The notes under the pieces are model-generated. The model saw only the letters and a list, made by a program, of their open reading frames with translations, made no database searches and had not been told where the DNA came from. Made by a program: the position numbers and the translations under genes. DNA of 47,779 nt from a virus, in the IMG/VR virus record IMGVR_UViG_3300025316_000002, positions 1 through 47,779 of that record; one strand, written 5' to 3'. The number at the start of each line of letters is the position of its first letter. The stretch's first letter is position 1. Positions 14,992 through 23,836 of this stretch are shown here, in pieces.

Positions 14992-16454
14992 AAATCGTGA
15001 CCCGGAAAACAGAAGAGCTTGTCCCGCATCCCGCAAATTACCGTGTGCACCCACCGGCGCAGATTGCCGCCCTGGCCGATTCCCTGCGATTCCATGCCCA
15101 ACCAAAGCCCATCGTTATCTCTGTGGATAATGTGATTTTAGCGGGGCATGGGCTGGTCGAAGCGGCGAAGCTCGCGGGATTGCAAACGCTGGAATGCTCG
15201 ATCTACGAGGGGGAATCTCCCGAGGCATTTATTATTGCTGATAATCGCACGGCGGAAATGGCGGAAAATGACCCGTCAAAGCTCGCAGACTTATTACAGG
15301 AGTTAGATAACGGCGGATTCGACATGGCCGCCACAGCGTTTGCAACAGACGAAATCGCGGCACTCATGCACGGACTTGATGAGGCAAGCGGAGATAAAAC
15401 ACTCGCGGCCTTGGCCGCCGCTGATCCTGACATGCCGGAATCTCTGCCCGCGCGGGCGACGCTTGGCGACACCTGGCAACTCGGACGGCATACCCTCAAC
15501 GTGCGCGACTGTCGCACCGTGGCGATACCTGCGGGCTGTGATACACTGGTCTTCGACCCACCGTTCCAGTGGGATTACGTGTACGAGTGGATTCCCGATG
15601 CGCAGGACGGTATGGCCCTCCTCGTATTTTCGGACGCGTTCCGCCTCGCGGAAGCCATCCTCGCGGCAACAGACCGCGGATGGACGTTCCAGTCAGAGTT
15701 TGTTTGGGATGGACTTACCTCGTGGTATACTCCCACCCGTCCTCTCGCGCGGCATAAAGTCGCGCTGGTATTTAGCGCGCGGAAGTGGGACTTTGACGCG
15801 GCATTATACACAGCGGAAAATGACGCGCGGCACGAATCAACGGTCAATAACGCAAACGGCGAATACCACTACGTTCCGGACCCACGCGGCAAACACCTCA
15901 CTACAGTTTTTCCGTTTGCGAATACCCGCGTCGAAAATGACCACGCGCACGCTAAACCCGCTGAATGGGTACGCGCGCTCCTGCGGGGCATGGGCGCTCA
16001 ACGAATATTTGATATGTGCGCCGGCAGCGGGACAATAACCTGCGTGGCGGAAAATGAGGGGTGGAACGTCACCTCCTGCGAAATTGACCCCGCGACGGCA
16101 GATATTCTCCTCGCGCGCTGGGAAACACACACCGGGTTACAGGCAGTGTGCATCGCGCAGGAGACTATTACCGAGAGTGTTGCGAAATCCGTTCCGGACC
16201 CCAACCGCTATGCGCGCAGTAAATTCTATCGGTCAAAAGTGTGGCGCGACTTGCGCAATGAGGCAGTCGCTCGCGACAATCACCGGTGCGTATTGTGCGG
16301 GGTGAAGTGCGCGAAGGACGCAATCCACGTCGATCATATTCAGGAGCGGAACGACGGAGGCGCAGATGCCTTGGAAAACCTCCAAAGTCTTTGCACCTCC
16401 TGCCACTCCCAGAAAACCGGCGCTAAACGCAAAACGGGCGCAAGTCCTCCTTGA
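14988..16454 (+). CDS. ParB-like nuclease domain / beta-class DNA methyltransferase / HNH endonuclease fusion protein
   Basis: GTG at 14988 with AGGTGAGG upstream. N-terminal ParB/Srx motifs (LVPHPANYRVHP, ILAGHGLVEAAKLAG), DPPF (LVFDPPFQW) before FDMCAGSGT, and a C-terminal HNH (CVLCG...HVDHIQERNDGG...NLQSLCTSCH). Confidence 0.8.
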   Translation: MKIVTRKTEELVPHPANYRVHPPAQIAALADSLRFHAQPKPIVISVDNVILAGHGLVEAAKLAGLQTLECSIYEGESPEAFIIADNRTAEMAENDPSKLADLLQELDNGGFDMAATAFATDEIAALMHGLDEASGDKTLAALAAADPDMPESLPARATLGDTWQLGRHTLNVRDCRTVAIPAGCDTLVFDPPFQWDYVYEWIPDAQDGMALLVFSDAFRLAEAILAATDRGWTFQSEFVWDGLTSWYTPTRPLARHKVALVFSARKWDFDAALYTAENDARHESTVNNANGEYHYVPDPRGKHLTTVFPFANTRVENDHAHAKPAEWVRALLRGMGAQRIFDMCAGSGTITCVAENEGWNVTSCEIDPATADILLARWETHTGLQAVCIAQETITESVAKSVPDPNRYARSKFYRSKVWRDLRNEAVARDNHRCVLCGVKCAKDAIHVDHIQERNDGGADALENLQSLCTSCHSQKTGAKRKTGASPP

Positions 16455-17157
16455 TGTAGTATTGTTTGTCAAACAGTTGCAGTACGCGTACAACTTCGGC
16501 GGCGAACACGCGCCAGTTAATTTCCCGGCTGACAGGGTGATAATTCAACTTGCCGACCTTGTAGAGGTCGGTGCAGTGCGCCGTCCGGGCAATAATCGCA
16601 TAGACCTGTTCCGGGCTAAAGACCGGCTCCAGGCTTACCCAGGTTGGTATACCGGCATCGTGCATTAATTCCAAGGTCGCAATACGATCTGCCGGCAATG
16701 CCGCCCCCGGCTCCCATTTCAGCGATTCCGCATCGTCCAGCGTTGTGAGGGTACAGGCGAAGGCATCGCGCGGGGTGAGCAACTCGATGTCACGCAGCGC
16801 TCTCTCCCCGCCTTTTGTGAGGATGGCAACGTCAAAACAGTGCCGATGCAGGATAGTGATTACCTCGCGCGTGACACCTTCCGTTACGTCGAGTGTCTGG
16901 TACGGGTCACAGGTAAACGAGAGTAACACCTGTCCGGTATGATTCGCGCGTTCCTGTTTTGTCGCCTCTTTCTCCAACTTGGCGAGAAAGTCCGCGCTGC
17001 GCGTGCTGGGAACGTTAAATTCTACCCGCTCACGATGCGTCGCCAGCGGGGCATAGCAGTAGACGCAGGCATGATCGCATCCCCGGTACACGTTGCAGGC
17101 TAATGGCGCGTATTCCAGCGCCTTGCCCTTCGGTTGATAAATGAGATTACCAATCAC
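16423..17157 (-). CDS. Radical SAM protein (COG1533 / SplB 'DNA repair photolyase'-like)
   Basis: The CxxxCxxC cluster in NVYRGCDHACVYCYAP is typical of this subgroup. GTG at 17155-17157 is preceded by GGAGGAGGA. An alternative ATG at 17187 lacks an RBS. Confidence 0.7.
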   Translation of the reverse strand: MIGNLIYQPKGKALEYAPLACNVYRGCDHACVYCYAPLATHRERVEFNVPSTRSADFLAKLEKEATKQERANHTGQVLLSFTCDPYQTLDVTEGVTREVITILHRHCFDVAILTKGGERALRDIELLTPRDAFACTLTTLDDAESLKWEPGAALPADRIATLELMHDAGIPTWVSLEPVFSPEQVYAIIARTAHCTDLYKVGKLNYHPVSREINWRVFAAEVVRVLQLFDKQYYIKEDLRPFCV

Positions 17158-17323
17158 GTGCTTCCTCCTCCGTCTGCCGCGCGTCATGCGCGTCGAAATA
17201 GGCGGTTAGCGCCTTCACGGCGATAACCTGTAATGATTCGCCGTGCCGCACCTTATGCAGCGCGATCCGTTCTCGCAACTCCTGCGGTAGGCGAATATTC
17301 GTAAGGGTGGTTTTTTCGGTCAT
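17147..17323 (-). CDS. Ribbon-helix-helix (CopG/Arc-like) DNA-binding protein (58 aa)
   Basis: TNIRLPQELRERIALHKVRHGESLQVIAVKAL fits a beta-strand plus two helices RHH pattern. ATG at 17321-17323 with GGAAAGGG upstream. Confidence 0.6.
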   Translation of the reverse strand: MTEKTTLTNIRLPQELRERIALHKVRHGESLQVIAVKALTAYFDAHDARQTEEEARDW

Positions 17324-17370
17324 AATGCCCTTTCCGCCGGGTATATAGCCCCCAGCCAGGCTGCTGGCGG

Positions 17371-17547
17371 TTATTCGATGCCTTGTCGGCAGGATTTGAC
17401 CCACGCGGCAATTTCGGCATCCGGCGCAGCTTCCAACCACGCGAGGTGGTCTTCCTGGTTGTCCCAATCGGCATTAATAAAATCGGCGGCGATTTCAGTA
17501 GTAGTGCCCGCGAGATTGGCGATGTTTTCGATGCGATCAGCGTTCAT
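17371..17547 (-). CDS. Immediate-early acidic 58-aa protein, paralog B
   Basis: First gene behind consensus promoter P_L2. GGGAGG lies 8 nt upstream. Paralog of 13674..13850. Confidence 0.7.
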   Translation of the reverse strand: MNADRIENIANLAGTTTEIAADFINADWDNQEDHLAWLEAAPDAEIAAWVKSCRQGIE

Positions 17548-17578
17548 GGTGGTAGCCTCCCTTTCTTTATCTGAATAC

Positions 17579-17607
17579 ATTATCTCATACTACCATGGTA
17601 GTGTCAA
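17579..17607 (-). promoter_or_regulatory. Consensus sigma70 promoter P_L2
   Basis: Minus strand reads TTGACA (17602-17607), 17 nt, GATAAT (17579-17584). A 14-bp perfect palindrome ACTACCATGGTAGT (17589-17602) fills the spacer. Confidence 0.7.
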
Positions 17608-17665
17608 GGGTTTTTGGCATGAAACGATGTTTTTTTGAAAAATACTTCCCGCATCAGGTGCAATT

Positions 17666-18238
17666 ATGGGCAGACCAACAAAATTGACCCCGGATATGCA
17701 GGAAAAAATTTGCCAGGTCATCCGCGCCGGAAACTATGCCGAGGTTGCCGCGGCCTATGCGGGAATATCGCATAGTCGATTCTATGATTGGCTGAAACGT
17801 GGGGAGAACGGCGAACAGCCGTACCGGGACTTTCGGGATAGCGTAGAAAAGGCGAAAGCGGATTCAGAAGTCCGCGATATCCTCGCGATTGACCAGTGTA
17901 TTAAAGGCGGGACCGTCGTAGCGAAAACTACGACCGTCACGGAAACTACCCGTCCCTCCGGCGTCACCACCACGAAGACCGTCACCACCGAATCGTACCA
18001 GCCGCCACAATGGACGGCAGCCGCCTGGCGGTTGGAACGCAAGCTGCCGGCCCGGTGGAGTCAGAGCAAACAGCGCGATGCCGAATCCGCGAAAGGCAAC
18101 GACCCGCCATTATTGGCCGCATTTATGGCCGTGATTCACAGCGCCGACGACCAGGAACCCGCGCCTATTCCCACGGAAGAAGAGCTTTATGCCGACAGTC
18201 TACCCACTATCAGCGAAAGCCCTGCGATCAATCCGTGA
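17666..18238 (+). CDS. terS: Terminase small subunit
   Basis: The N-terminal HTH MGRPTKLTPDMQEKICQVIRAGNY...AGISHSRFYDWLKRG is typical of TerS. Lies directly upstream of TerL. Confidence 0.75.
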   Translation: MGRPTKLTPDMQEKICQVIRAGNYAEVAAAYAGISHSRFYDWLKRGENGEQPYRDFRDSVEKAKADSEVRDILAIDQCIKGGTVVAKTTTVTETTRPSGVTTTKTVTTESYQPPQWTAAAWRLERKLPARWSQSKQRDAESAKGNDPPLLAAFMAVIHSADDQEPAPIPTEEELYADSLPTISESPAINP

Positions 18239-19442
18239 GACAGGATACCTCAACTGCCTAGAGGGTAGTGTGAGATCAGGGAAAACGGTAGCCTCCTCCC
18301 TCGCCTGGATCAACTACCTCGCGCACTCCCCCGAATCCGTGTTTATTATGTCGGGCCGGTCGCAAGGCAGCCTGTTCCGCAACGTCATCGGCGGCGAGTT
18401 TGGCCTGCTGGCGATGCTGGGAAATGAGGCGGAATACCGCACGAACCGCGAAGGCAACCGCGTGCTACTAATCAATACCCCCAATGGGGTGAAGCAGTGC
18501 TATTGTTTCGGCGCGAATGACGCCCGCGCATATGGCCCGCTTCGTGGGCTTACCGCCGGCGGATGGTACGCCGACGAAATCAATATGCACGACCGGCTTT
18601 TCGTTGAAGAGGCGTTACGCCGCACGATTATTAGCCGGGATCGCAAGCACTTCTGGACACTCAACCCGGACACCCCAAAGCACTATATTTATACCGATTA
18701 TCTGGACAAATACCAGCAGGAAGGATTGCCCGGCTTCCACCTCTGGCACTTCACGCTCGAAGATAATTTAGCGATTACCCCCGAGCGCAAAGCGGAACTT
18801 GTCGCGCAGTATTCCGGGGTATTCTATGATCGATATATCCTCGGATTGCGCGTCGTGGCGGAAGGGGTGATTTATGGCGCGGCCTTATCGCCGGAAAACT
18901 ATTACACGCAGGAGACGCGCCCGCAGGGGCTGGAATACCTCGCACAGCGCACGATAGCCGTAGACTATGGGACGACCAATCCCTGTGTCTTCCTCGATAT
19001 CTTCGATGACGGGGACGTGCTCTGGGTTGACCGGGAATATTACTGGGATTCCAAGCGCGAGAAGCGCGAGAAAGAAAACGCGGAATACGCCGATGACTTT
19101 TTAGCCTTCCAAGCCGCATACCCCGATCATCCAGGTTCAGCGCTTGTTGACCCGTCGGCCAACAGTTTCATCCTGACCCTGCGCAACCGTGGGGTACTGG
19201 TGCGCGAGGCGAAAAACGACGTGCTAGAGGGTATTCGGTTTGTGGCGTCGCTGATAAAGCGGCGGAAAATGCGCTTCAACCGTGATACCTGCCCCAATAC
19301 CTGCCAGGAGCTACACGCCTACCGCTGGAATGAGAAGGCCGCGGCCCTGGGTGTCGAAGAGCCGGTGAAGGAAAACGACCATTCTTGCGACCCCCTCAGA
19401 TATCAATGCTTAGCCCTTCCCCACTGGCGATTGACAGGCTAG
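18189..19442 (+). CDS. terL: Terminase large subunit (PBSX-like family)
   Basis: Walker A GSVRSGKT, Walker B-like WYADEI, and C-terminal nuclease-domain Asp residues. Size and position fit. Confidence 0.85.
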   Translation: MPTVYPLSAKALRSIRETGYLNCLEGSVRSGKTVASSLAWINYLAHSPESVFIMSGRSQGSLFRNVIGGEFGLLAMLGNEAEYRTNREGNRVLLINTPNGVKQCYCFGANDARAYGPLRGLTAGGWYADEINMHDRLFVEEALRRTIISRDRKHFWTLNPDTPKHYIYTDYLDKYQQEGLPGFHLWHFTLEDNLAITPERKAELVAQYSGVFYDRYILGLRVVAEGVIYGAALSPENYYTQETRPQGLEYLAQRTIAVDYGTTNPCVFLDIFDDGDVLWVDREYYWDSKREKREKENAEYADDFLAFQAAYPDHPGSALVDPSANSFILTLRNRGVLVREAKNDVLEGIRFVASLIKRRKMRFNRDTCPNTCQELHAYRWNEKAAALGVEEPVKENDHSCDPLRYQCLALPHWRLTG

Positions 19443-19537
19443 CCTAACCCTTGTTACCCCGGTGTAAATAGCCTTTTCCTCCAAAAAACACGGGGTATAG
19501 CGATTGTAGCGATTCCCCCGCTAAAGGACAAACCCGC

Positions 19538-21001
19538 ATGACGATTCCGGCCAACAACCGCATATTAATTCCGCCCGGCGTTGACATGGGGCAGGAGCGT
19601 CGCGCACAGGATGCCTTTAGCAACCCGGCGGCGCGCACGGGATACGGGACAAACAACCTCGTAGAGCAGACACAATTTCCGCTCACCCGCATGACGCAAC
19701 AGTACCAGACGCTCACGAGTTTGTATCGTGATAACTGGATTGTGCAAAACATCATCGACGCGATACCGGACGATATGCTGAAAAACTGGATTGCCATCCG
19801 CTCGCAGGTTGACCCGGATCATATCAATCAGATTAATCGCGTCGTGCGGCAAATCGGCTTGCGCGCGCAGTTGCTCAAGGGTATGAAGTGGGGCAGACTC
19901 TACGGGGGAGCCGCCGGCGTTATCCTCATTGACGGCGACCAAGATCGCATGAGCGAGCCACTGGACTATGCGCAGGTGTTACCCGGCACGTTCAAGGGGT
20001 TGTATATCATTGACCGCTGGACGGGCATTTATCCCACCGATCAGTTGATTAGCGATATCGGCCAGCCGGACTACGGCCTGCCGGAGTTTTATACCCTCAA
20101 CGATGTCTCGGGGCGGAGCACGAAAACTATCCACCATTCCCGCGTCATCCGGTTTACCGGGCGCTTGTTGCCCCTCTGGGAGTGCATCGCGGAGATGTAC
20201 TGGGGCGCGTCCGAGATCGAGGGCATTTATTCCGAGATCAAACGCCGGGAGAATGTCGCCGCGAATATCTGCTCGCTGACATTTCAGGCGAACGTGTGGG
20301 TACAGGATATCGAGGGGCTGGATCAGCTCTTCGCCCTGGGCGGTGGGGCAGCGCAGGCACGCTTCTGGCAGACGATGCAGGCGCAGAGCGAGCTTCGTTC
20401 CAGCCTGGGCACCCAGCTGGTCGAAAAGGGCACCACCCTGCAAAACCGCAGTTATTCGTTCACCGGGCTTGCCGAGGTCTACGTCAACACGATGTGCGAT
20501 GTCGCCGGGGCCGCCCGCATCCCCGTATCGAAACTGTTTGGCCGATCAGCGACCGGGCTGAATAGCACCGGGGAAGGCGATCTGCAAAACTACTATGACA
20601 TGATCGAGAAAGAGCAGGAAAGCCGCCTTCGCCCGATCCTTGACCGCATCCTGCCTCTACTTGCCGTGTCAACGTGGGGAGAAATTCCAAATGACCTCGA
20701 TTATTCCTTCCCGCCGATTGCCGCCGCAAATGAAATCGAAAACTCCGCGATTGTCGAAAAGGAATCGACCGCGATTCGCGCCATGTTCACAACCGGCCTT
20801 ATTGATCAGGCGACGGCTCTGAAAGAGCTACAGGAACTCTCTAAGCGCACTGGGGTCTTCACGGATATCACTGATGAGATGGTTGCCGCCGGCGTCGGCG
20901 TGTGGGCCTGGGATATTGCCGATAAAATGAGCCTGGGCGCTATGCCGACTATCGGCGCATACCCGGCCTCGATGCCGGATGAGGACAACGCGGGAGCGTA
21001 G
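19538..21001 (+). CDS. Portal protein (DUF1073-like)
   Basis: 487 aa, immediately after TerL. The YRDNWIVQNIID region resembles DUF1073 portals. Confidence 0.75.
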   Translation: MTIPANNRILIPPGVDMGQERRAQDAFSNPAARTGYGTNNLVEQTQFPLTRMTQQYQTLTSLYRDNWIVQNIIDAIPDDMLKNWIAIRSQVDPDHINQINRVVRQIGLRAQLLKGMKWGRLYGGAAGVILIDGDQDRMSEPLDYAQVLPGTFKGLYIIDRWTGIYPTDQLISDIGQPDYGLPEFYTLNDVSGRSTKTIHHSRVIRFTGRLLPLWECIAEMYWGASEIEGIYSEIKRRENVAANICSLTFQANVWVQDIEGLDQLFALGGGAAQARFWQTMQAQSELRSSLGTQLVEKGTTLQNRSYSFTGLAEVYVNTMCDVAGAARIPVSKLFGRSATGLNSTGEGDLQNYYDMIEKEQESRLRPILDRILPLLAVSTWGEIPNDLDYSFPPIAAANEIENSAIVEKESTAIRAMFTTGLIDQATALKELQELSKRTGVFTDITDEMVAAGVGVWAWDIADKMSLGAMPTIGAYPASMPDEDNAGA

Positions 21002-21004
21002 CAT

Positions 21005-22219
21005 ATGGCCTTGCCACAATTTCCCGCAGAGATCACGCAACTGCTGCACTGGTACGATACGCTCGAAGACCGGCTTGTAACGCAGATGGTGAACGCCACG
21101 TTGCACGATTTCACGCGCAATCAGGCGAAAACGCTCTACACTGACCTGCAGGCGCAGATGGCACAACTGGACCGGGAAGCTGCGCAATGGGACGCGAGTA
21201 CCATTCCCGCCGCCTATCATGCCGGCGCACAATCCGCGCACCAGAAGGCGCAAGCCGTGAACTTGCACGGCCCGGCCCCGTCGTTTACCGAGATTCCCAG
21301 CCGAGCGCTTCGGCAACTGGCGAAGGCGGCAACCGGGGAACGCGAGGCTTTGACCCGTGGTATCCTCCGACAGTCGCATGACTACCTGCGCGAGTTGACC
21401 AGTGGACACCTAGCCGAAGGTCTGGGATTAGGCACGGGCAGCGGGGGCATTGGCCGCCAGTTACGCGAGGCGCTCATTGACCGGGCGCGCGGCCCGCAGC
21501 TTGCCGACGATCTCGCCGCGAAAATCAACACCGCGACGGGCGTTATTTATCGCGACGGGTCAGTCCACAGCTTTCACGAGTACGCGCAAATGGCGGCCTT
21601 GACCGGTACTGCCGCCGCCGCCAACGCCGGGCAGGTGAGTGAGTATTTAGAGCTGGGTGCGAAGTACCTGCGCGTCGATTCGCACGGTACGATTTGCCCA
21701 CAATGCGCGCCGCTGGAAGGCAAGGTCTTCGCCGTGGATGCCGAGGGGGAATCGCAGGGCTACCCGTTGTACACTACGATCACCCTCCCCGTCCACCCGA
21801 GATGTGCTCACGGCTGGTCTCCATGTGTTGACCTGGATAAGCGCACTGACAAGCCGCCTCCGGAATATGCGCTGAACAACACACCCAAGGGCCAACGGGA
21901 AATGCGGCAACGGTATGCCGAAGAGCACCCGAAGGAATATGCTTTATCGAAGCAGGGATTTGCCAGCACGGGGATGATAGCCCGGTATAAAGCCGCAAAC
22001 CCCGATGTGCCAGAAGCAGACCTTCGCGGCCCGCGTTACCGGTACGCGGGTATCAACTCGCGGCGACAGTCGGCGATTGCCACTATGCTGCAAACCCCCG
22101 GACTGTCCTACCGCGCCGCCGTGAGCCGGGAAACACAGGCGTTTATGGCGACGGAAAAGTACCACCGCCTGCGCCCGGACGTGACGCCGCACGCGCAACG
22201 GATTGCCCTGTATCAGTGA
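21005..22219 (+). CDS. Minor head / head morphogenesis protein (SPP1 gp7 / Mu F-like)
   Basis: The ICPQCAPLEGKVF...LPVHPRCAHGW motif is characteristic of this family. Follows the portal gene. Confidence 0.75.
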   Translation: MALPQFPAEITQLLHWYDTLEDRLVTQMVNATLHDFTRNQAKTLYTDLQAQMAQLDREAAQWDASTIPAAYHAGAQSAHQKAQAVNLHGPAPSFTEIPSRALRQLAKAATGEREALTRGILRQSHDYLRELTSGHLAEGLGLGTGSGGIGRQLREALIDRARGPQLADDLAAKINTATGVIYRDGSVHSFHEYAQMAALTGTAAAANAGQVSEYLELGAKYLRVDSHGTICPQCAPLEGKVFAVDAEGESQGYPLYTTITLPVHPRCAHGWSPCVDLDKRTDKPPPEYALNNTPKGQREMRQRYAEEHPKEYALSKQGFASTGMIARYKAANPDVPEADLRGPRYRYAGINSRRQSAIATMLQTPGLSYRAAVSRETQAFMATEKYHRLRPDVTPHAQRIALYQ

Positions 22220-22530
22220 GGGTGAATAATAGATATCGGAACAGCATTTTTTATCGGGGTAATTGTTGGCATGGTCATAGCTGCTATCGGTAGTTATGTG
22301 CTCGCAAAAGGCATCGCGAATATAAAACACGAGCATCCATTGCCGAAAATTACGCCGTTGTAACAGATTCGCGCCAGTCGCACAGGTCGGCTAGAGGGCG
22401 TCCGGCGCTCACTTCGTCGTGACTTTCCCGGCCTGCTCACCACCTGACGCCCGCTGTGGGAGCCGAGCGGCACGCGCCAACGTGGCCCGCTCCTGGCGCG
22501 AATGACCCTCCAAAGACAAGGACACCTCAT

Positions 22531-23835
22531 ATGGATGAAATCACCACCACGCTAAAGACGGTTGCTACGCCATTCCCCGAACAGGACGCCGAGCCGGTCT
22601 TTATGACTGACCGCATCGCCTATTGGGGCAATACCATCGGCGGCGGCGAGAATCTGGTTGTACGGCCCGACGGGTTTTTAATTTGCAAAAACGTGCCGTT
22701 CGCCCGTTGTGGCGCGCAACAGTACATGGCCGCCGAAGTGGGGCAGGGGAATCATGACGGGCTAGTGACGGTTCACCGCCTACCAGAGGACGTGTGTAGT
22801 GACGCAACGCTCGCGAGCTTTGAAGGCGTGCCGTTTGTTGATGGGCACCCGCTGGAAGACGTGACGCCAGCCAATGCGAGCCTGTACGCCGTGGGCCACA
22901 TCGAAAACGTGCGGCGCGGCGACGGAGACCTTCTCCTCTGCGATATCTGGGTACAGTCCCCCACCGCCATCAATAAAATCGTATCGGGAGACGTGCGGGA
23001 AGTTTCCGCAGGCTATCTCTGCAAATATGAAACGCTCGATGACGGGCGAACCGTACAACGATTCATACGCGGCAATCACCTCGCGCTTGTGCCGGAAGGC
23101 CGAGCCGGGAAAGCCGTGCGAATACAAGATTGCGCGCCCCTGCGCAATGACACACCACCACAAAGGAGCACAACCATGCCTACCCCGAAAACACTCGTGG
23201 GGCGCGTGCTGGATTGGGCGAATCGGTTGAAATCCGGTGATGACGGGCAGCTTGTTAGCGTTGCTGATGAGTTGGCCGCGTCGATGGATCAAGCGGAAGC
23301 CCCGGCCCCGGCCCCAGCCCCAGCGAATCCGGATGAGAAAGCGGACATGAGTCTGATCGAAGCCGCTCTCGCCCCGGTACTTGCCCGTATCGAAGCCCTG
23401 GCCGCCGACATTGCCGCGCTGAAAGCCGGCGAAGTGGGTGAAGAGCAGCCGGAGAAGGAACTCGATGCCCTGATTGCCAAGCTGGACGGATGCGACGAAG
23501 ACACCACCGCCGAAACAGAGGAAGCCGTTACCGTCCCTGCCGAGGAAATGACCGAGGAAGGCGATAAGGCGACTGCCGATGCGCAGAAGGCGCTGATCCT
23601 CGCCCTGAAGCCGGCCATCGCCGCCCTGCCCGCTGACCAGCGCAAGCTCATGGTCGACGCGTTGCAGAAGGGCGTTGGCGCACCGTCCACAGCGGCCCGC
23701 ACCGCCGACAATGCCGCCCTGGTGCGCACCACCACGGCCCGCGCGCAAACCGTCACCGGCCCGCGTCGTGCGACGCTAGAGGAGTGCCGCGCGGAACTCG
23801 CGAAAATGAACCCCCACAACAAGGAGGGCAAATAA
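22531..23835 (+). CDS. Scaffolding protein (DUF2213-like N-domain plus Ala/Glu-rich coiled-coil C-terminal half)
   Basis: ATG at 22531 with AAGGA upstream. Lies upstream of the capsid gene. The C-terminal half is A/E/D-rich and helical. Confidence 0.6.
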   Translation: MDEITTTLKTVATPFPEQDAEPVFMTDRIAYWGNTIGGGENLVVRPDGFLICKNVPFARCGAQQYMAAEVGQGNHDGLVTVHRLPEDVCSDATLASFEGVPFVDGHPLEDVTPANASLYAVGHIENVRRGDGDLLLCDIWVQSPTAINKIVSGDVREVSAGYLCKYETLDDGRTVQRFIRGNHLALVPEGRAGKAVRIQDCAPLRNDTPPQRSTTMPTPKTLVGRVLDWANRLKSGDDGQLVSVADELAASMDQAEAPAPAPAPANPDEKADMSLIEAALAPVLARIEALAADIAALKAGEVGEEQPEKELDALIAKLDGCDEDTTAETEEAVTVPAEEMTEEGDKATADAQKALILALKPAIAALPADQRKLMVDALQKGVGAPSTAARTADNAALVRTTTARAQTVTGPRRATLEECRAELAKMNPHNKEGK

Positions 23836-23836
23836 C

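Noticed and set aside
15340-16038. 232-aa alternative-frame ORF inside the ParB-MTase-HNH gene
   Set aside because: It is on the same strand but out of frame with a gene whose three domains are all recognisable. Its translation is Arg/Ser/Thr-rich and has no motifs.
17635-17664. TTGAAA, 18 nt, TGCAAT as the late promoter for terS
   Set aside because: The -10 would end 1 nt before the terS ATG, so transcription would start inside the gene. The alternative, TTGGCA (17614-17619) with a weak A-rich -10, is too poor to call. The late promoter probably needs a phage factor.
22780-23748. 322-aa ORF antisense to the scaffold gene; 23289..23831 and 23753..24559 are similar cases
   Set aside because: Antisense to coherent structural genes. 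The translations are Arg/Gly/His-rich and low in complexity, and they have no translation signals.
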